A stretch of DNA of 58,115 nt. Origin: Actinomycetota bacterium. Lineage in GTDB: Bacteria > Actinomycetota > UBA4738 > HRBIN12. The stretch spans positions 1-58,115 of the forward strand of contig DATAEU010000058.1 in NCBI GenBank assembly GCA_036257835.1. The letters are read 5' to 3'. Position numbers and translations under genes: made by a program. Below the pieces are notes generated by a model, which ran no database searches, was not told the DNA's origin, and saw nothing but the letters and a program-made list of their open reading frames with translations. Numbering within the stretch: the stretch's first letter is position 1; every line of letters begins with the position of its first letter. Below are positions 35,612 to 48,465 of this stretch, piece after piece.

Positions 35612-36630
35612 GCGAAGCTCATCGCCGACCGGATGGCCTTCATCGTGTCCTCGACGACCGGGCGCACCTTCGCGGCGCCGTCCTCGAGCACCTGCTGGAC
35701 CAGACCGGGCCGGGCCTCGAGCTCGGCCCGCCGCTCGCGGAACGGACGGTAGTACTCGACGACGCGGTCGGCGAGGTTCTGTTTGCACTGCACGCACCCG
35801 AGCGCTCCGCTCCGGCAGTTCTCGTCCGTCCACTCGAGGATGTCCTGCGAGAACACCTTGTGCAGCGCGAAGATCGGACAGATCTCGGGACGCCCCGGGT
35901 CGCCCAGACGGATCTTCTGCGGGTCCGTGACGAAGCTGCGGATCTTCGCCCGGATGACATCGGGCTCGTCGCGCACGCCGATCGCGTTGTCGAGCGACTT
36001 CGACATCTTCCGGCCGTCGGAGCCGGGGATCAGCGGCGCCTCCGACAGCAGCGGCTGCGGCTCGACGAGGACCTGCCCGTACAGCCGGTTGAAACGGCGG
36101 ACGATCTCCCGCGCAAGCTCGATGTGCACGACCTGGTCCTCCCCGACCGGCACCAGGTCGCCCGCCACGATCGTGATGTCGACCGTCTGCAGCAGCGGGT
36201 ACCCGAGGAGGCCGTAGTTGGCGATGTCGCGCTCCGACAAGTCGCGCAGTCGCTCCTTGTACGTCGGCACGCGCTCGAGCCACCCGAGCGGCGTGATCAT
36301 TGAGAAGAGGAGGAACAGCTCCGCGACCTCGGGCAGGTCCGACTGGCGATAGAACGTCGACCGCTCCGGGTCGATCCCGGCCGCGAGGAGGTCGAGCACC
36401 AGCTCGTGGATCCGGTCCGGTAGCTGATCGGTCCGATCGTAGTCGGTCGTCAGCATGTGCCAGTCGGCGATGAAGACGAAGCAGTCGTGCGTCTCCTGCA
36501 GGCGGACCATGTTGAGGACGTTGCCGAACCAATGTCCGACGTGCATGGGACCGGTCGGCCGGAACCCGGTGAGAACGCGGGCCTTGCGGCCCGTTTCGGG
36601 CGTCGTCGAGGTCGCGGTCGTCGTGTCGAT
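35608..36630 (-). CDS. trpS: tryptophan--tRNA ligase (start extended upstream of the only ATG; see findings)
   Basis: HVGH (HIGH) and KMSKS motifs. The conserved class-I N-terminal strand RVLTGFRPTGP lies in frame upstream of ATG 36546. No ATG/GTG/TTG/CTG occurs between the in-frame stop (36709-36711) and 36546. ATC codons start at 36630, 36639 and 36642. Confidence 0.8.
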   Translation of the reverse strand: MDTTTATSTTPETGRKARVLTGFRPTGPMHVGHWFGNVLNMVRLQETHDCFVFIADWHMLTTDYDRTDQLPDRIHELVLDLLAAGIDPERSTFYRQSDLPEVAELFLLFSMITPLGWLERVPTYKERLRDLSERDIANYGLLGYPLLQTVDITIVAGDLVPVGEDQVVHIELAREIVRRFNRLYGQVLVEPQPLLSEAPLIPGSDGRKMSKSLDNAIGVRDEPDVIRAKIRSFVTDPQKIRLGDPGRPEICPIFALHKVFSQDILEWTDENCRSGALGCVQCKQNLADRVVEYYRPFRERRAELEARPGLVQQVLEDGAAKVRPVVEDTMKAIRSAMSFA

Positions 36631-36685
36631 GCGGGCGATGATACCGGTCCCGCGGCGCCGAACCCGAGTGCCCGACGCGGCGACG

Positions 36686-37339
36686 TCAACAGGCGGCGTT
36701 GCCGACGATCACGCGAACGAGCAGGTCGCGAAGCGCGGCGACGATCGTGAACGTCACGCCGCCGAGCAAGAAGAACACCACGAGCACGAAGAGCACCAGG
36801 TATTGGTCGAGGTTGCGGTACACCTCGCGGGCGTGCGGCGGCATCACCAGCGCGAGCATCCGCGCGCCGTCGAGCCCGGGGATAGGCAGCAGATGGAACA
36901 CAGTGAGCGTCAGCTGCGTGAGGACGAACACGGCAAGGAACGTGCACACGCGCGGGCTGATCGATCCGAGGCCGGCCCGCAGCAGCACGCCCGGAACGAT
37001 CGCCAGGACAACGTTCGAGACCGGACCCGCGATCGAGACGAAGACGACGTCCCGCTTGTAGCGACGGAAGCTCGTCGGGTCGAACGGGAGGGGCTTGGCG
37101 TACGCGAAGGGCGGGAAGTGGATCCCGGCGATCCACAGGATGACGAGCAGCGCCGGCAAGATCACCGTGCCGAACGGATCCACCCAGACCCGGGGATCGA
37201 ACGACAACCATCCCCACCGCCGCGGGTTCGGGTCCCCCAGGCGATCGGCGACGAACGCGCGCGCGTACTCCCGCGCGATCATCCCGACGGCGAGCGCGAC
37301 GGCGACGTAGAGCCCGCCCAGCACGTCGTACTGCTTCAC
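36686..37339 (-). CDS. site-2 protease (M50)-family membrane protein with degenerate zinc motif
   Basis: Aligns with small S2P proteins (…HEFAHA.VA.RLGDP…NP..H.DP.GT…LLPIPPLDG), but here reads AREYARAFVADRLGDP…DPRVWVDPFGT…LLPIPGLDG. GTG start at 37339. Confidence 0.7.
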   Translation of the reverse strand: MKQYDVLGGLYVAVALAVGMIAREYARAFVADRLGDPNPRRWGWLSFDPRVWVDPFGTVILPALLVILWIAGIHFPPFAYAKPLPFDPTSFRRYKRDVVFVSIAGPVSNVVLAIVPGVLLRAGLGSISPRVCTFLAVFVLTQLTLTVFHLLPIPGLDGARMLALVMPPHAREVYRNLDQYLVLFVLVVFFLLGGVTFTIVAALRDLLVRVIVGNAAC

Positions 37340-37349
37340 CCGAGCCCCC

Positions 37350-38666
37350 TCAGCCGCCGAACCAGCCGAGCACCAGCGGCGACGGCTCGACGGCCCCGTC
37401 CGACACCCGCAACGCGGCGAGCACACGCGAGGCGCACGCGCCCGCGGCGTCCTCGTCCCTGGCGTGGATCTCGCCGATCGGCGTGCCGCGCTCGAGCCGG
37501 TCGCCGATCTTCGGCCGGAACACGATACCGACGGCCGGGTCGATCTGGTCACCCTTGCGATGGCGCCCCGCCCCGAGGTCCGTGCTGGCGCGGCCGAGCT
37601 CCTCGGTGTCGACCGTGGCGAGGACGCCGTCGCGCCGGGCCTCGAGCGGACGGACCACGGGTGCCCTCGGGAGCACCGACCAGGGATCGTCGACGACGCG
37701 TCGCTCGCCGCCCTGGGCCTCGACCATCCGGCCGAACCGCTCGAGCGCGCTGCCGTCGTCCAGCGCCGTCGCGGCCGCCGCCCGCCCCTCCCCCATCCCG
37801 ATGCCGGTCAGGCGTGACAGCGCCTCCCCCGCGAACATCACGGCGGCGTCGCGAAGGCTTCCGCGGTACCGGCCCGAGAGCACCTCGACCGCCTCGGCGA
37901 CGTCGAGCGCGTTGCCGATCGCCTCGCCGAGCGGCTGCGACATGTCGGTCACGGCGGCGCGGCACGCCCGGCCCCACCGCTCGGCCAGGGAGACGCAGGC
38001 CTCGGCGAGTCGCTGCGCCTCGTCACGGGTCTTCATGAAGGCTCCGCTCCCCGCCTTCACGTCGAGCAGCACGAGGTGCGAGCCGACGGCGAGCTTCTTC
38101 GACATCACGCTCGCGGCGATGAGCGGGATGTTCGGGACCGTCGCGGTCGCGTCCCGGAGCGCGTACAGCGCGCCGTCCGCCGGGACCAGGTCGGCGGTCT
38201 GCGCCGACACCGCGCATCCGACGTCCTCGACCTGCCGCTCGAACGCGTCGACCTCGAGGTCGGTCCGAAGACCCGGGATCGACTCGAGCTTGTCGAGCGT
38301 CCCGCCGGTGTGGCCCAGGCCGCGGCCGGACAGCTTGGCGACGGCCAAGCCGAGCGATGCGGCGAGCGGTGCGAAGACCAGCGTGACGCCGTCGGCGACG
38401 CCGCCGGTCGAGTGTTTGTCGACGATCGGCCGGGACACGCCGGAAAGGCTCAACGTCGACCCCGAGTCGATCATCGCCCGCGTGAGGGCGACCGTCTCTT
38501 CGGCGTCCAGACCGCGGATGAAGGCGGCCATCACGAGCGCCGCCGCCTGGTAGTCGGGGATCTCGCCCCTCGCATAGCCCACCACGAAGGCCCGAAGGTC
38601 GTCCGCGGGGATCGATCCGCCGTCGCGCTTGCGGGCGATGACGTCGCGGGGATCAGACAGGCTCAC
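37350..38666 (-). CDS. deoA: thymidine/pyrimidine-nucleoside phosphorylase
   Basis: DVIARKRDGG…, KHSTGGVADG, SGRGLGHTGGTLDKLE. GTG start at 38666 (alternative 38684). Confidence 0.9.
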   Translation of the reverse strand: MSLSDPRDVIARKRDGGSIPADDLRAFVVGYARGEIPDYQAAALVMAAFIRGLDAEETVALTRAMIDSGSTLSLSGVSRPIVDKHSTGGVADGVTLVFAPLAASLGLAVAKLSGRGLGHTGGTLDKLESIPGLRTDLEVDAFERQVEDVGCAVSAQTADLVPADGALYALRDATATVPNIPLIAASVMSKKLAVGSHLVLLDVKAGSGAFMKTRDEAQRLAEACVSLAERWGRACRAAVTDMSQPLGEAIGNALDVAEAVEVLSGRYRGSLRDAAVMFAGEALSRLTGIGMGEGRAAAATALDDGSALERFGRMVEAQGGERRVVDDPWSVLPRAPVVRPLEARRDGVLATVDTEELGRASTDLGAGRHRKGDQIDPAVGIVFRPKIGDRLERGTPIGEIHARDEDAAGACASRVLAALRVSDGAVEPSPLVLGWFGG

Positions 38667-38709
38667 CTGGACGTCCTCGCACACGTCGCCCGCACGGAAC
38701 CCTCCACGT

Positions 38710-39951
38710 CTACTCGAACCCGAGGAGTGCCGCGAAGGAGGTCCCGGGGAGCCGATCCGTACTGACGCCAAGAAGGTCGCCGACGGACGCCCCGAGGTCC
38801 GCGAACGTCGACCGGGTGCCGAGGTCGATCGGCCCGGTCGGCAGCCCGCCGACAAGCAACGGTGTCCGCTCGCGCGAATGGTCCGTCGGGGGCGTCGTCG
38901 GGTCGCATCCGTGGTCGCCGGTCAGGAAGACCACCCCGCCGTCGAGGGCGTCGAGGAGCTCGGGGACGCGGCGGTCGAGCGCCTCGATCGCGCGTGCGTA
39001 CCCCGAGGGGTCGTTGCGGTGCCCGTACTTGCTGTCGAAGTCGACGAGGTTCGCGAACACGAGCGCCCGCCCGGGCCGCCGGAGGAGCGCGATCGTCTTG
39101 TCGACGCCGTCGTCGTTCGACGCCGAGTAGGTCGCCTCGCTGATGCCGTGGCCCGAGAAGATGTCCTGGATCTTGCCGACCCCGAGCACGGGCACGCCCG
39201 CCTCCACCAGCCGGTCGAGCACGGTCTCGCTCGGCGGCTCGACGGAGAAGTCGCGGCGCTCGGGCGTCCGGACGAACGCGCCCGGCTCGCCGTCGAACGG
39301 CCGGGCGATCACGCGGCCCACGTCGTGCGGCGGCGTGAGGATCGACCGTGCGATCCGGGACCACTCGTAGAGCGTCTCGAGCGGCACGATGCGCTTGTGC
39401 GTCGCGATCTGGAAGACGGAGTCGCCGCTCGTGTAGACGATCGGGCGTCCGGTCCGAAGATGCTCCTCCCCCAGTTCGTCGATGATCCGCGTGCCCGACG
39501 CCGGGACGTTGCCGAGCACCTCGCGGCCGATCCGCTCCTCGAACGGCCGGATCACCTCGCGGGGGAAGCCGTGCGGGTACAGCGGGAACGGCCGCTCCAG
39601 CACGATCCCCATCATCTCCCAATGCCCCGTCGTGGTGTCCTTGCCGGCCGAGGCCTCGGTCAGCCGTCCGTGCGCCGACCCCTGCTCGGCGCGCGGGTCG
39701 ACGCCCTCAACGTCGGTCAACAGGCCGAGCCCGAGGGCGCCGAGGTTCGGCGCCTCGATCCCGCCGACGGCGCGCGCGCAGTTGCCGAGCGTGTTGGAGC
39801 CCGTGTCGCCGTAGGCATCGGCATCGGGTGCGTCGCCCACCCCGAAGGAATCGCACACGAGGACGAGAACCCGGGGGACGAGCGCGGTCAGGAGGTTGTC
39901 TCCATCATGCTCTCGGAGGCCGAAGCTCCGTTTGCGACGAGCGCGAGACAC
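38710..39951 (-). CDS. deoB: phosphopentomutase
   Basis: [38 protein letters not shown]. Start uncertain: GTG 39951, or a CTG near LLTALVPRV preceded by GGAGA. Confidence 0.85.
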   Translation of the reverse strand: MSRARRKRSFGLREHDGDNLLTALVPRVLVLVCDSFGVGDAPDADAYGDTGSNTLGNCARAVGGIEAPNLGALGLGLLTDVEGVDPRAEQGSAHGRLTEASAGKDTTTGHWEMMGIVLERPFPLYPHGFPREVIRPFEERIGREVLGNVPASGTRIIDELGEEHLRTGRPIVYTSGDSVFQIATHKRIVPLETLYEWSRIARSILTPPHDVGRVIARPFDGEPGAFVRTPERRDFSVEPPSETVLDRLVEAGVPVLGVGKIQDIFSGHGISEATYSASNDDGVDKTIALLRRPGRALVFANLVDFDSKYGHRNDPSGYARAIEALDRRVPELLDALDGGVVFLTGDHGCDPTTPPTDHSRERTPLLVGGLPTGPIDLGTRSTFADLGASVGDLLGVSTDRLPGTSFAALLGFE

Positions 39952-39962
39952 GACCGCCGCCG

Positions 39963-40322
39963 CTACCTGCGTGTTTCGCCGGCCCGCTTGCAGTCGATGC
40001 AGAGGATCGCCCAGGGCAGCGCCTCGAGGCGCTCGATCCCGACGGGGTTCCCGCACCGCTCGCACACGCCGTACGTCCCGAGGTCCATCTTCGTGAGCGC
40101 TCGGTCGACCCACCGCAGGTTCGCGCGGAGCGCCTTCATCACGGAGAGCATGCGCGCGCGCTCGGCCGTGCTGTGCGCGCTGTCGGCGAACCCGCGCTCG
40201 ACGTCGATGTCGGCCTCGTCGGCGTCGGGATTGCCCCCCTGTTCGGCGATCTCGCGGCGCAGGTTCTCCCGCTGCGCCTCGAGCTCGGTTCGCAGCTCGT
40301 CCATCTTCGGCTGTGCGATCAC
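39963..40322 (-). CDS. TraR/DksA-family C4 zinc-finger protein
   Basis: Coiled-coil N-terminus plus [28 protein letters not shown] 40322 forms a GTGA overlap with the xerD stop (alternative ATG 40304). Confidence 0.8.
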   Translation of the reverse strand: MIAQPKMDELRTELEAQRENLRREIAEQGGNPDADEADIDVERGFADSAHSTAERARMLSVMKALRANLRWVDRALTKMDLGTYGVCERCGNPVGIERLEALPWAILCIDCKRAGETRR

Positions 40323-41314
40323 GACGTCCTTCCCTCCCGCGCGCGCCCCGCGCCCGCACGCTCGGCCGCCGTCCGTGGCGTCGCCGTCCGGCGGGCGCGC
40401 GGATGCGCGCTGAAGTACACCTCTCGCAGGTGCTCCTTGGTCACCAGCGTATAGACCTGCGTCGTCGCGACGCTCGCGTGCCCGAGGAGCTCCTGGACCA
40501 CCCGCACGTCCGCCCCGCCCTCGAGCAGGTGCGTCGCGAACGAGTGCCGAAGCGTGTGCGGCGTCACGCGTTTGTCGATCCCGGCCGCGGCGGCGTGCTC
40601 CCGGATCGCGTTCCAGCACGCCTGCCGCGACAACCGCCGGCCGTCGCGCCGGTTGAGGAACAACGCCGAGCGCGACCTCGACGTGACCAGGGTGGCGCGC
40701 GCGCGCGACAGGTACGCGCCGATCGAGTCCCGCGCGTACCGCCCGAGCGGCACGTCGCGTTCCTTGCCGCCCTTGCCGAGCACACGGACGCTGCCATCCT
40801 CGAGGTCCACATCGTCCACGTCGAGTCCGACCACCTCGGACACGCGCAGTCCGGCGCCGTACATCGTCTCGAGGATCGCCCGGTCGCGCAGGCCCTTCTC
40901 GTCGGTCGGCCGCGGCGCCGCGAGCAGCCGCGCCACGTCCTCGACCGAGAGCGGACGCGGCAAGGAGCGCGGCAGCTGGGGCCGGAGGACGCCCCGGGTC
41001 GGGTCGTCGGATGCCTCGCCCTCGCGGAGCAGGAACCGGTGGAACGAGCGGACCGACGACAGCGCCCGGACGACCGAGGTCGCGCGGTACGGCGCGCCGT
41101 CGTAGTGGCGGGAGGACGAGAGGCTCGCGACGAACGCGGACACTGTTCGCCCGTCGACGTCTGCCGCGTCGGCCACGCGTCGGCCCTGCAGGAACGCCGC
41201 GTAGCGTCGGAGGTCGCGCCGGTACGCCATCACGGTGTTCGGCGAGAGGCCGCGTTCGACCGTCAGGTGATCGAGGAACCGATCGATCTGCGACGGAACG
41301 ACGGCATCGGCCAC
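40319..41314 (-). CDS. xerD: tyrosine recombinase XerD
   Basis: N-terminal SAM-like domain ([23 protein letters not shown]). Catalytic R…HSFATHLL…[23 protein letters not shown]. Confidence 0.9.
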   Translation of the reverse strand: MADAVVPSQIDRFLDHLTVERGLSPNTVMAYRRDLRRYAAFLQGRRVADAADVDGRTVSAFVASLSSSRHYDGAPYRATSVVRALSSVRSFHRFLLREGEASDDPTRGVLRPQLPRSLPRPLSVEDVARLLAAPRPTDEKGLRDRAILETMYGAGLRVSEVVGLDVDDVDLEDGSVRVLGKGGKERDVPLGRYARDSIGAYLSRARATLVTSRSRSALFLNRRDGRRLSRQACWNAIREHAAAAGIDKRVTPHTLRHSFATHLLEGGADVRVVQELLGHASVATTQVYTLVTKEHLREVYFSAHPRARRTATPRTAAERAGAGRAREGRTS

Positions 41315-41336
41315 GGCGGCGTCCGGCCCTCGAGCG

Positions 41337-42461
41337 CTACCGGAGCCCCGGGACGAGTCGGTCGAGCGGCGTGTGCTGGAGGCCGTGTGCCTCGGCGACG
41401 CCCTCGTTCGTCACCGCCCCCCGGTACACGTTCACGCCGAGCGCGAGCGCCGGGTCCTGCCGCATCGCGTCCTCGACCCCGAGGGAGGCGATCTGGATGG
41501 CGTACGGCGTCGTGACGTTCGTGAGAGCGTAGGTCGAGGTCCGCGGCACGGCGCCCGGCATGTTGCCGACGCAGTAGTGGACGACGTCGTCGACGATGTA
41601 GACGGGATCGCTGTGGGTGGTGACATGCGCGGTTTCGACACACCCGCCCTGGTCGATCGAGATGTCGACGATGACGGCGCCCGGGCGCATCTCGGCGACC
41701 ATCTCCTTCGTGACGAGGTGCGGCGCCTTTGCGCCCGGGATCAGGACCGCCCCGATCACGAGATCGGCGTCCGTGACGAGCCGTTCGATCGCCAACGCGC
41801 TGCTGGCGATGGTGCGGATCCGGCCGCGCTGGATCTGGTCGATGTAGCGGAGCCGGTCGACGTTCCTGTCGAGGACCAACACCTCGGCCTCCATCCCGGC
41901 CGCGATCCACGCCGCGTTCAGCCCGGCCATCCCGCCGCCGAGCACGACGACGCGCGCCGGCTCGACGCCCGAGGCGCCGCCCATCAGCACCCCGCGGCCG
42001 CCGTATGGCTTCTCGAGGTAGTTGGCGCCGACGTGCGGCGCGATGCGCCCGGCGATCTCGCTCATCGGCGCCAGCAGCGGCAGGCTCCCGTCCGGCAGTT
42101 GGACGGTCTCGTATGCGACCGATGCGACCTTCCGCTCCATCAGGAACTCCGTGAGCGCCTTGTCGGCCGCGAGGTGCAGGTACGTGAACAGCACCTGGTC
42201 CTCGCGGAACCGGTCGTATTCCTGCGGCTGCGGTTCCTTGACCTTGACGATCATGTCCGCGGCCGCGAACACGGCGTCGGCCTCCGGGACGATCTTCGCG
42301 CCCGCCTTCTCGAAGTCCTCGTCGGGCAGCGCCGACCCGACGCCGGCACCCGTCTCGACGACCACCTCGTGGCCCGCGTGCGTCAGCTCGCGGACACCCT
42401 CCGGCGTGGCGGCGACGCGGTACTCGCTGTCCTTGACTTCTTTGGGGATCCCGACGATCAC
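41337..42461 (-). CDS. ald: alanine dehydrogenase
   Basis: GTG start with [37 protein letters not shown]. 374 aa. Confidence 0.95.
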   Translation of the reverse strand: MIVGIPKEVKDSEYRVAATPEGVRELTHAGHEVVVETGAGVGSALPDEDFEKAGAKIVPEADAVFAAADMIVKVKEPQPQEYDRFREDQVLFTYLHLAADKALTEFLMERKVASVAYETVQLPDGSLPLLAPMSEIAGRIAPHVGANYLEKPYGGRGVLMGGASGVEPARVVVLGGGMAGLNAAWIAAGMEAEVLVLDRNVDRLRYIDQIQRGRIRTIASSALAIERLVTDADLVIGAVLIPGAKAPHLVTKEMVAEMRPGAVIVDISIDQGGCVETAHVTTHSDPVYIVDDVVHYCVGNMPGAVPRTSTYALTNVTTPYAIQIASLGVEDAMRQDPALALGVNVYRGAVTNEGVAEAHGLQHTPLDRLVPGLR

Positions 42462-42573
42462 GGAGCCCTCCTTGGGGTGGCGCCGCGGGGCGCGTGCGAC
42501 CCAAGCGTAGCCGACGCCGGAGACGGCCCCCGGGATGCCGGACCCGGCGTCGAGGGTCCGGGCGGACGCGTGC

Positions 42574-43089
42574 TCAGGCGGCGGGCGAGCCCCGCCGCGC
42601 GTCGGCGAGCAGCAGCGCGAGCGCGGTCTTCGCGTCCCGAACGCGGCCGGCTCGCGCCGACTGCACGAGCTCGTCGAGCGGCCGGCGGACGAGCTCGATC
42701 CCGTCCTGGGGACCCGCCTCGGGCTCCGCGTGAGCCTCCGCGACGAAGAGATGGACGAACTCGTCCGAGAACCCAGCCGACGTGTATACGCCGCCGAGGA
42801 ACTCGATCGAGCGGTGGCGGTACCCGGTCTCCTCGAACAGCTCGCGCGCGGCCGTGGTCGCCGCGTCCTCGCCATCGACGTCCAGGATGCCGGCCGGGAT
42901 CTCGATCAGGGTATCGCGGATGGGGTGACGCAGCTGCTTGACGAGAAGCGCGTCGCCATTGGGAACGATCGGGAGCACGGCGGCCGCACCCGGATGGTGC
43001 ACGACCTCGTAGCGGTGGCCGCCCCATGTCTGGACCTCGACGCGCAGCAGTGCCCCCGAGAAGACCTCGCGGCCATCGTCCGGATGCAC
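42574..43089 (-). CDS. NUDIX hydrolase (ADP-ribose pyrophosphatase-like)
   Basis: Nudix box GILDVDGEDAATTAARELFEETGY. In the Rv1700 position next to pyrG. Confidence 0.85.
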   Translation of the reverse strand: MHPDDGREVFSGALLRVEVQTWGGHRYEVVHHPGAAAVLPIVPNGDALLVKQLRHPIRDTLIEIPAGILDVDGEDAATTAARELFEETGYRHRSIEFLGGVYTSAGFSDEFVHLFVAEAHAEPEAGPQDGIELVRRPLDELVQSARAGRVRDAKTALALLLADARRGSPAA

Positions 43090-43099
43090 GCCGGGGACC

Positions 43100-45565
<2,466 letters not shown>

Positions 45566-45569
<4 letters not shown>

Positions 45570-46237
45570 CGGAGCCCCCCGAGGCGGAGCAGCGCCGCGG
45601 TCGCGATGTCGAGGCCCTGCCACGCGCGGTGAGCGAACCCCGCCACGTCGCGGCCGGTCGGCCGGTGACGGACATCGGCGGCGACCTCGTGGACGCCGAA
45701 GCCGGCACGAACGGCGTCGATGGTCATGGCCGTCTCCACCCCGAACCCGCGGGCCAGCGGCCGGCACGCCGCCAGGGCGCGCGCCGACACCGCCCGCTGG
45801 CCGGACAGCGGCGCCAGCGCGTCGAAACCGCACGCCGCGCGGATCGCCCGGGCGGCGGCGTGCTTGACGAGACCGAATCCACCCCCCTCCTGCGCCGGGA
45901 GGACCGCGATCGCGAGGTCGGCCCGCTCGGCCAGGACCTCCTCCAGGACCGGCGCCAGCGCCGAGGCCGTCTCGCCGAGGTCGGCGTCGGCGAACAGCCA
46001 GACGTCGGCGTCGACGCGGCGGAGCGCGCCTTCCATCACCCCGCCCTTCCCCAGGTGCCGCCTGACCCGCAGCACGGAGGCCCCGGCTGCGAGCGCGACC
46101 GAGCCGGTCCCGTCGCTCGACGCATCGTCGGCCACGACGACCTCATCGACCGCGGGCATCGCGTGCAGCGAGGCGACAGTTGCCGCGATTCGGTCCGCCT
46201 CGTCGCGTGCCGGCACGAGCGCCACTACGCGCGTCAC
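45566..46237 (-). CDS. family-2 glycosyltransferase
   Basis: ALVPARDEADRIAATV…VVVADDASSDGT…FADADL. GTG start in a GTGA overlap with the mctB-like stop. Confidence 0.75.
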
Positions 46238-47184
46238 GGGGCGGTTCGCACCGGCGGGATGGGCGCCTCCGCCCCTCCCCGCACGCCGTAGTCACCGCCC
46301 TGGCCGAGCGAGATCGACCGCTCGAGACCGAGGACCAGCGCGGCGCCGCCGATCGGCCAGGCCAGGTCGTCGACGGTCACGAGGCTCGTCCCGTCCACCT
46401 CGGCGCTCGAACGCAGCGTCTCGACGAACGGGTCGACAGAGGAGGCTGCCTCGCCGGCGGCCACGGAGCTGCCGCGCCTGACGAGCGAAACGACCAGGGG
46501 CACCATGAACGACTGCGGCGACAGAGCGAGCCCGTCGGGCGACCCCGACAGGATGACGACCGTCTGATCCTTCCCCCCGAGGCCGCTCAGGCCACCCTCC
46601 GACAGGTGATAGCCGTTCGGGAAGCGAAGGAACTGCCCGCGCAACAGCTGATCGAGCAGGTCGCCGCCGCCGGGCTGCGCTCCCCGGCGCGGCGGACCGT
46701 TCGCGAGGCGGTCGGCAAGCCGCTCGGCCGCCACGCGAGCGACATCTGCGGGGGTGGCCGTCGCGGGCATGCCGAGCAGCTCCGCGAGCTCCGGATGCGG
46801 CTGTTGATCCGGCGGCAGCATCCGATCCGTCACGGACAGGACCGCGACGACGCGTGCGTTCGCCTGGTCCAGCGCCGCCGTCGCCTCCGTGAGGACGTCG
46901 GCGTCGGCACCGTCCTGGGTCACGACGACGACCGAACGGTCGGCGAGCGCACCGCCGTCGAGCATGGGCAGCAGGTCGGTCGCGGCGATCAGGCCGCGGT
47001 TCTCGTCCGTCAGGTGGGTGTTTCTGTCGCGCTCCTGCGCGAGCTCCGCGGCCAGGACGTCGGTCCTGTTCCGCAACGAGTTCACGAGCTTCGGCTGCAC
47101 GTAGGCGTTCCCGACGGCGATGCCGAGCGCGACGGCGAGGAAGATCGCGACGATCGTGAAGACGTGGTATCGGAAGGAGATCAC
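46234..47184 (-). CDS. copper transporter MctB-like (DUF3186) protein
   Basis: VISFRYHVFTIVAIFLAVALGIAVG N-terminal anchor plus coiled coil. In the Rv1698 position between steA and pyrG. GTGA overlap with the steA stop. Confidence 0.7.
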   Translation of the reverse strand: MISFRYHVFTIVAIFLAVALGIAVGNAYVQPKLVNSLRNRTDVLAAELAQERDRNTHLTDENRGLIAATDLLPMLDGGALADRSVVVVTQDGADADVLTEATAALDQANARVVAVLSVTDRMLPPDQQPHPELAELLGMPATATPADVARVAAERLADRLANGPPRRGAQPGGGDLLDQLLRGQFLRFPNGYHLSEGGLSGLGGKDQTVVILSGSPDGLALSPQSFMVPLVVSLVRRGSSVAAGEAASSVDPFVETLRSSAEVDGTSLVTVDDLAWPIGGAALVLGLERSISLGQGGDYGVRGGAEAPIPPVRTAP

Positions 47185-48374
47185 AGCAGGCCCTTCAGGT
47201 CGAACACCCACTGGCGGAACTGCTCGAACCACTGGACCACGTACAGCCGGAGCGCGGGGGAGACGGCCACGATCGCCGCGATGCCGACGAGCGCGGCGCC
47301 GACCATCAGCAAGGTGTCGGACGTCCGGACCCGTGGTGTGTAGACGCGTGACACGCCCTTGGCATCCATCAGGATCTCGCCGACGCGCAGACGGACCAGG
47401 AATGTGCTCGCCATACCCCCGCGGCCCTTGTCGAGGAAATCGCGGAGATTGCCGTGACTGCCGACCGCGATGATCAGCGCCGCGCCCTTCTCGTGCGCGA
47501 GGAGAAACGCGACGTCCTCGCTGGTTCCGAGCGCGCGGATGATCCGGTACGGCACGTCGAGCTCGTCGAGGCGGCCCGCGCCTGGAGCCCCGCCGCCCGG
47601 GTAGGCGTGGACGAGGGTCTCCGGGCGAGACCGGCGTCGTCGCCACCACGGCGACCGCTCGACCGCCATGCGGAGCGCGTCGTCTGACACGCTGTCCATG
47701 TCACCGACGATCAGGTCCGGACGGTAGCCGGCCTCGATCAGTGCGTCGGCGCCACCATCGACCCCGACGAGCACGGGCCTGGCGTCCCGGATGTACGGAC
47801 GCAGGACGGCGAGGTCCTCCTTGTAGTCGTAGCCGCGAACCACCACGAGGACCGGCCGGCCGGCGAGGTCGTGGTCGATCGTCGGCAGCCCGGTCCCACC
47901 AAACAGCAGGTCCCGCTCGCGCTGCAGGTAGTCCACCGTGTTCCTCGCGAAGCCCTCGAAGCGATCGGCCAGCGAGGCGCGCGCCGCGTCCATCGCCTCG
48001 GCAACCGAGCGAGCGCTCTGCCGCACACCCACGCCGACCAAGCGGTTCCCGATGTACACCCGGTCGCCGTCGATGCGGATCCGGTCCCCCTCGCGGACCT
48101 TGCGGATCACGAGCGGGCCGACCTCGTCGATCAGCGGGATGCCCGCGGCGACGAGGATCTGCGGCCCGAGGTTCGGGTACCGCCCGCTGATCGACCGGCG
48201 CGCGTTGACGACGGCCGAGACCCGGGCATCCACGAGCCCCTCGGCCGACACGCGATCGAGGTCGTCGTGGTCGATGACGGCGACGTCTCCCGGCCGCGCC
48301 CGCTGGACGAGCCGTTTGGTTCGCCGGTCGACGCGCGCGACGGCCTCCGCCGCGCGAGCGCGCCGGCGGGGCAT
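47181..48374 (-). CDS. steA: putative cytokinetic ring protein SteA
   Basis: ARVDRRTKRLVQRARPGDVAVIDHDDLDRVSAEGL…, thiamine-pyrophosphokinase-like middle (IVGDMDSVSD), C-terminal TM. In the Rv1697 position. Confidence 0.75.
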   Translation of the reverse strand: MPRRRARAAEAVARVDRRTKRLVQRARPGDVAVIDHDDLDRVSAEGLVDARVSAVVNARRSISGRYPNLGPQILVAAGIPLIDEVGPLVIRKVREGDRIRIDGDRVYIGNRLVGVGVRQSARSVAEAMDAARASLADRFEGFARNTVDYLQRERDLLFGGTGLPTIDHDLAGRPVLVVVRGYDYKEDLAVLRPYIRDARPVLVGVDGGADALIEAGYRPDLIVGDMDSVSDDALRMAVERSPWWRRRRSRPETLVHAYPGGGAPGAGRLDELDVPYRIIRALGTSEDVAFLLAHEKGAALIIAVGSHGNLRDFLDKGRGGMASTFLVRLRVGEILMDAKGVSRVYTPRVRTSDTLLMVGAALVGIAAIVAVSPALRLYVVQWFEQFRQWVFDLKGLL

Positions 48375-48465
48375 CCGGATACCGGTCCTGGTCCTGGTCG
48401 TCGTCGGAGGTCCCTCCGTTCGGCCGTGCACGCCGCCGGCCGCGGGACCAGGGTATCCGAAGCCG

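Noticed and set aside
36547-36708. T-box or attenuator leader upstream of trpS
   Set aside because: The segment is an uninterrupted in-frame extension that encodes the conserved TrpRS N-terminal strand. It is coding sequence, not a leader.
40319-41314. Tyrosine recombinase as a marker of an integrated mobile element
   Set aside because: It has XerD-type N- and C-domains and sits in the conserved pyrG-nudix-xerD housekeeping context. There are no flanking att-like repeats and no cargo genes.
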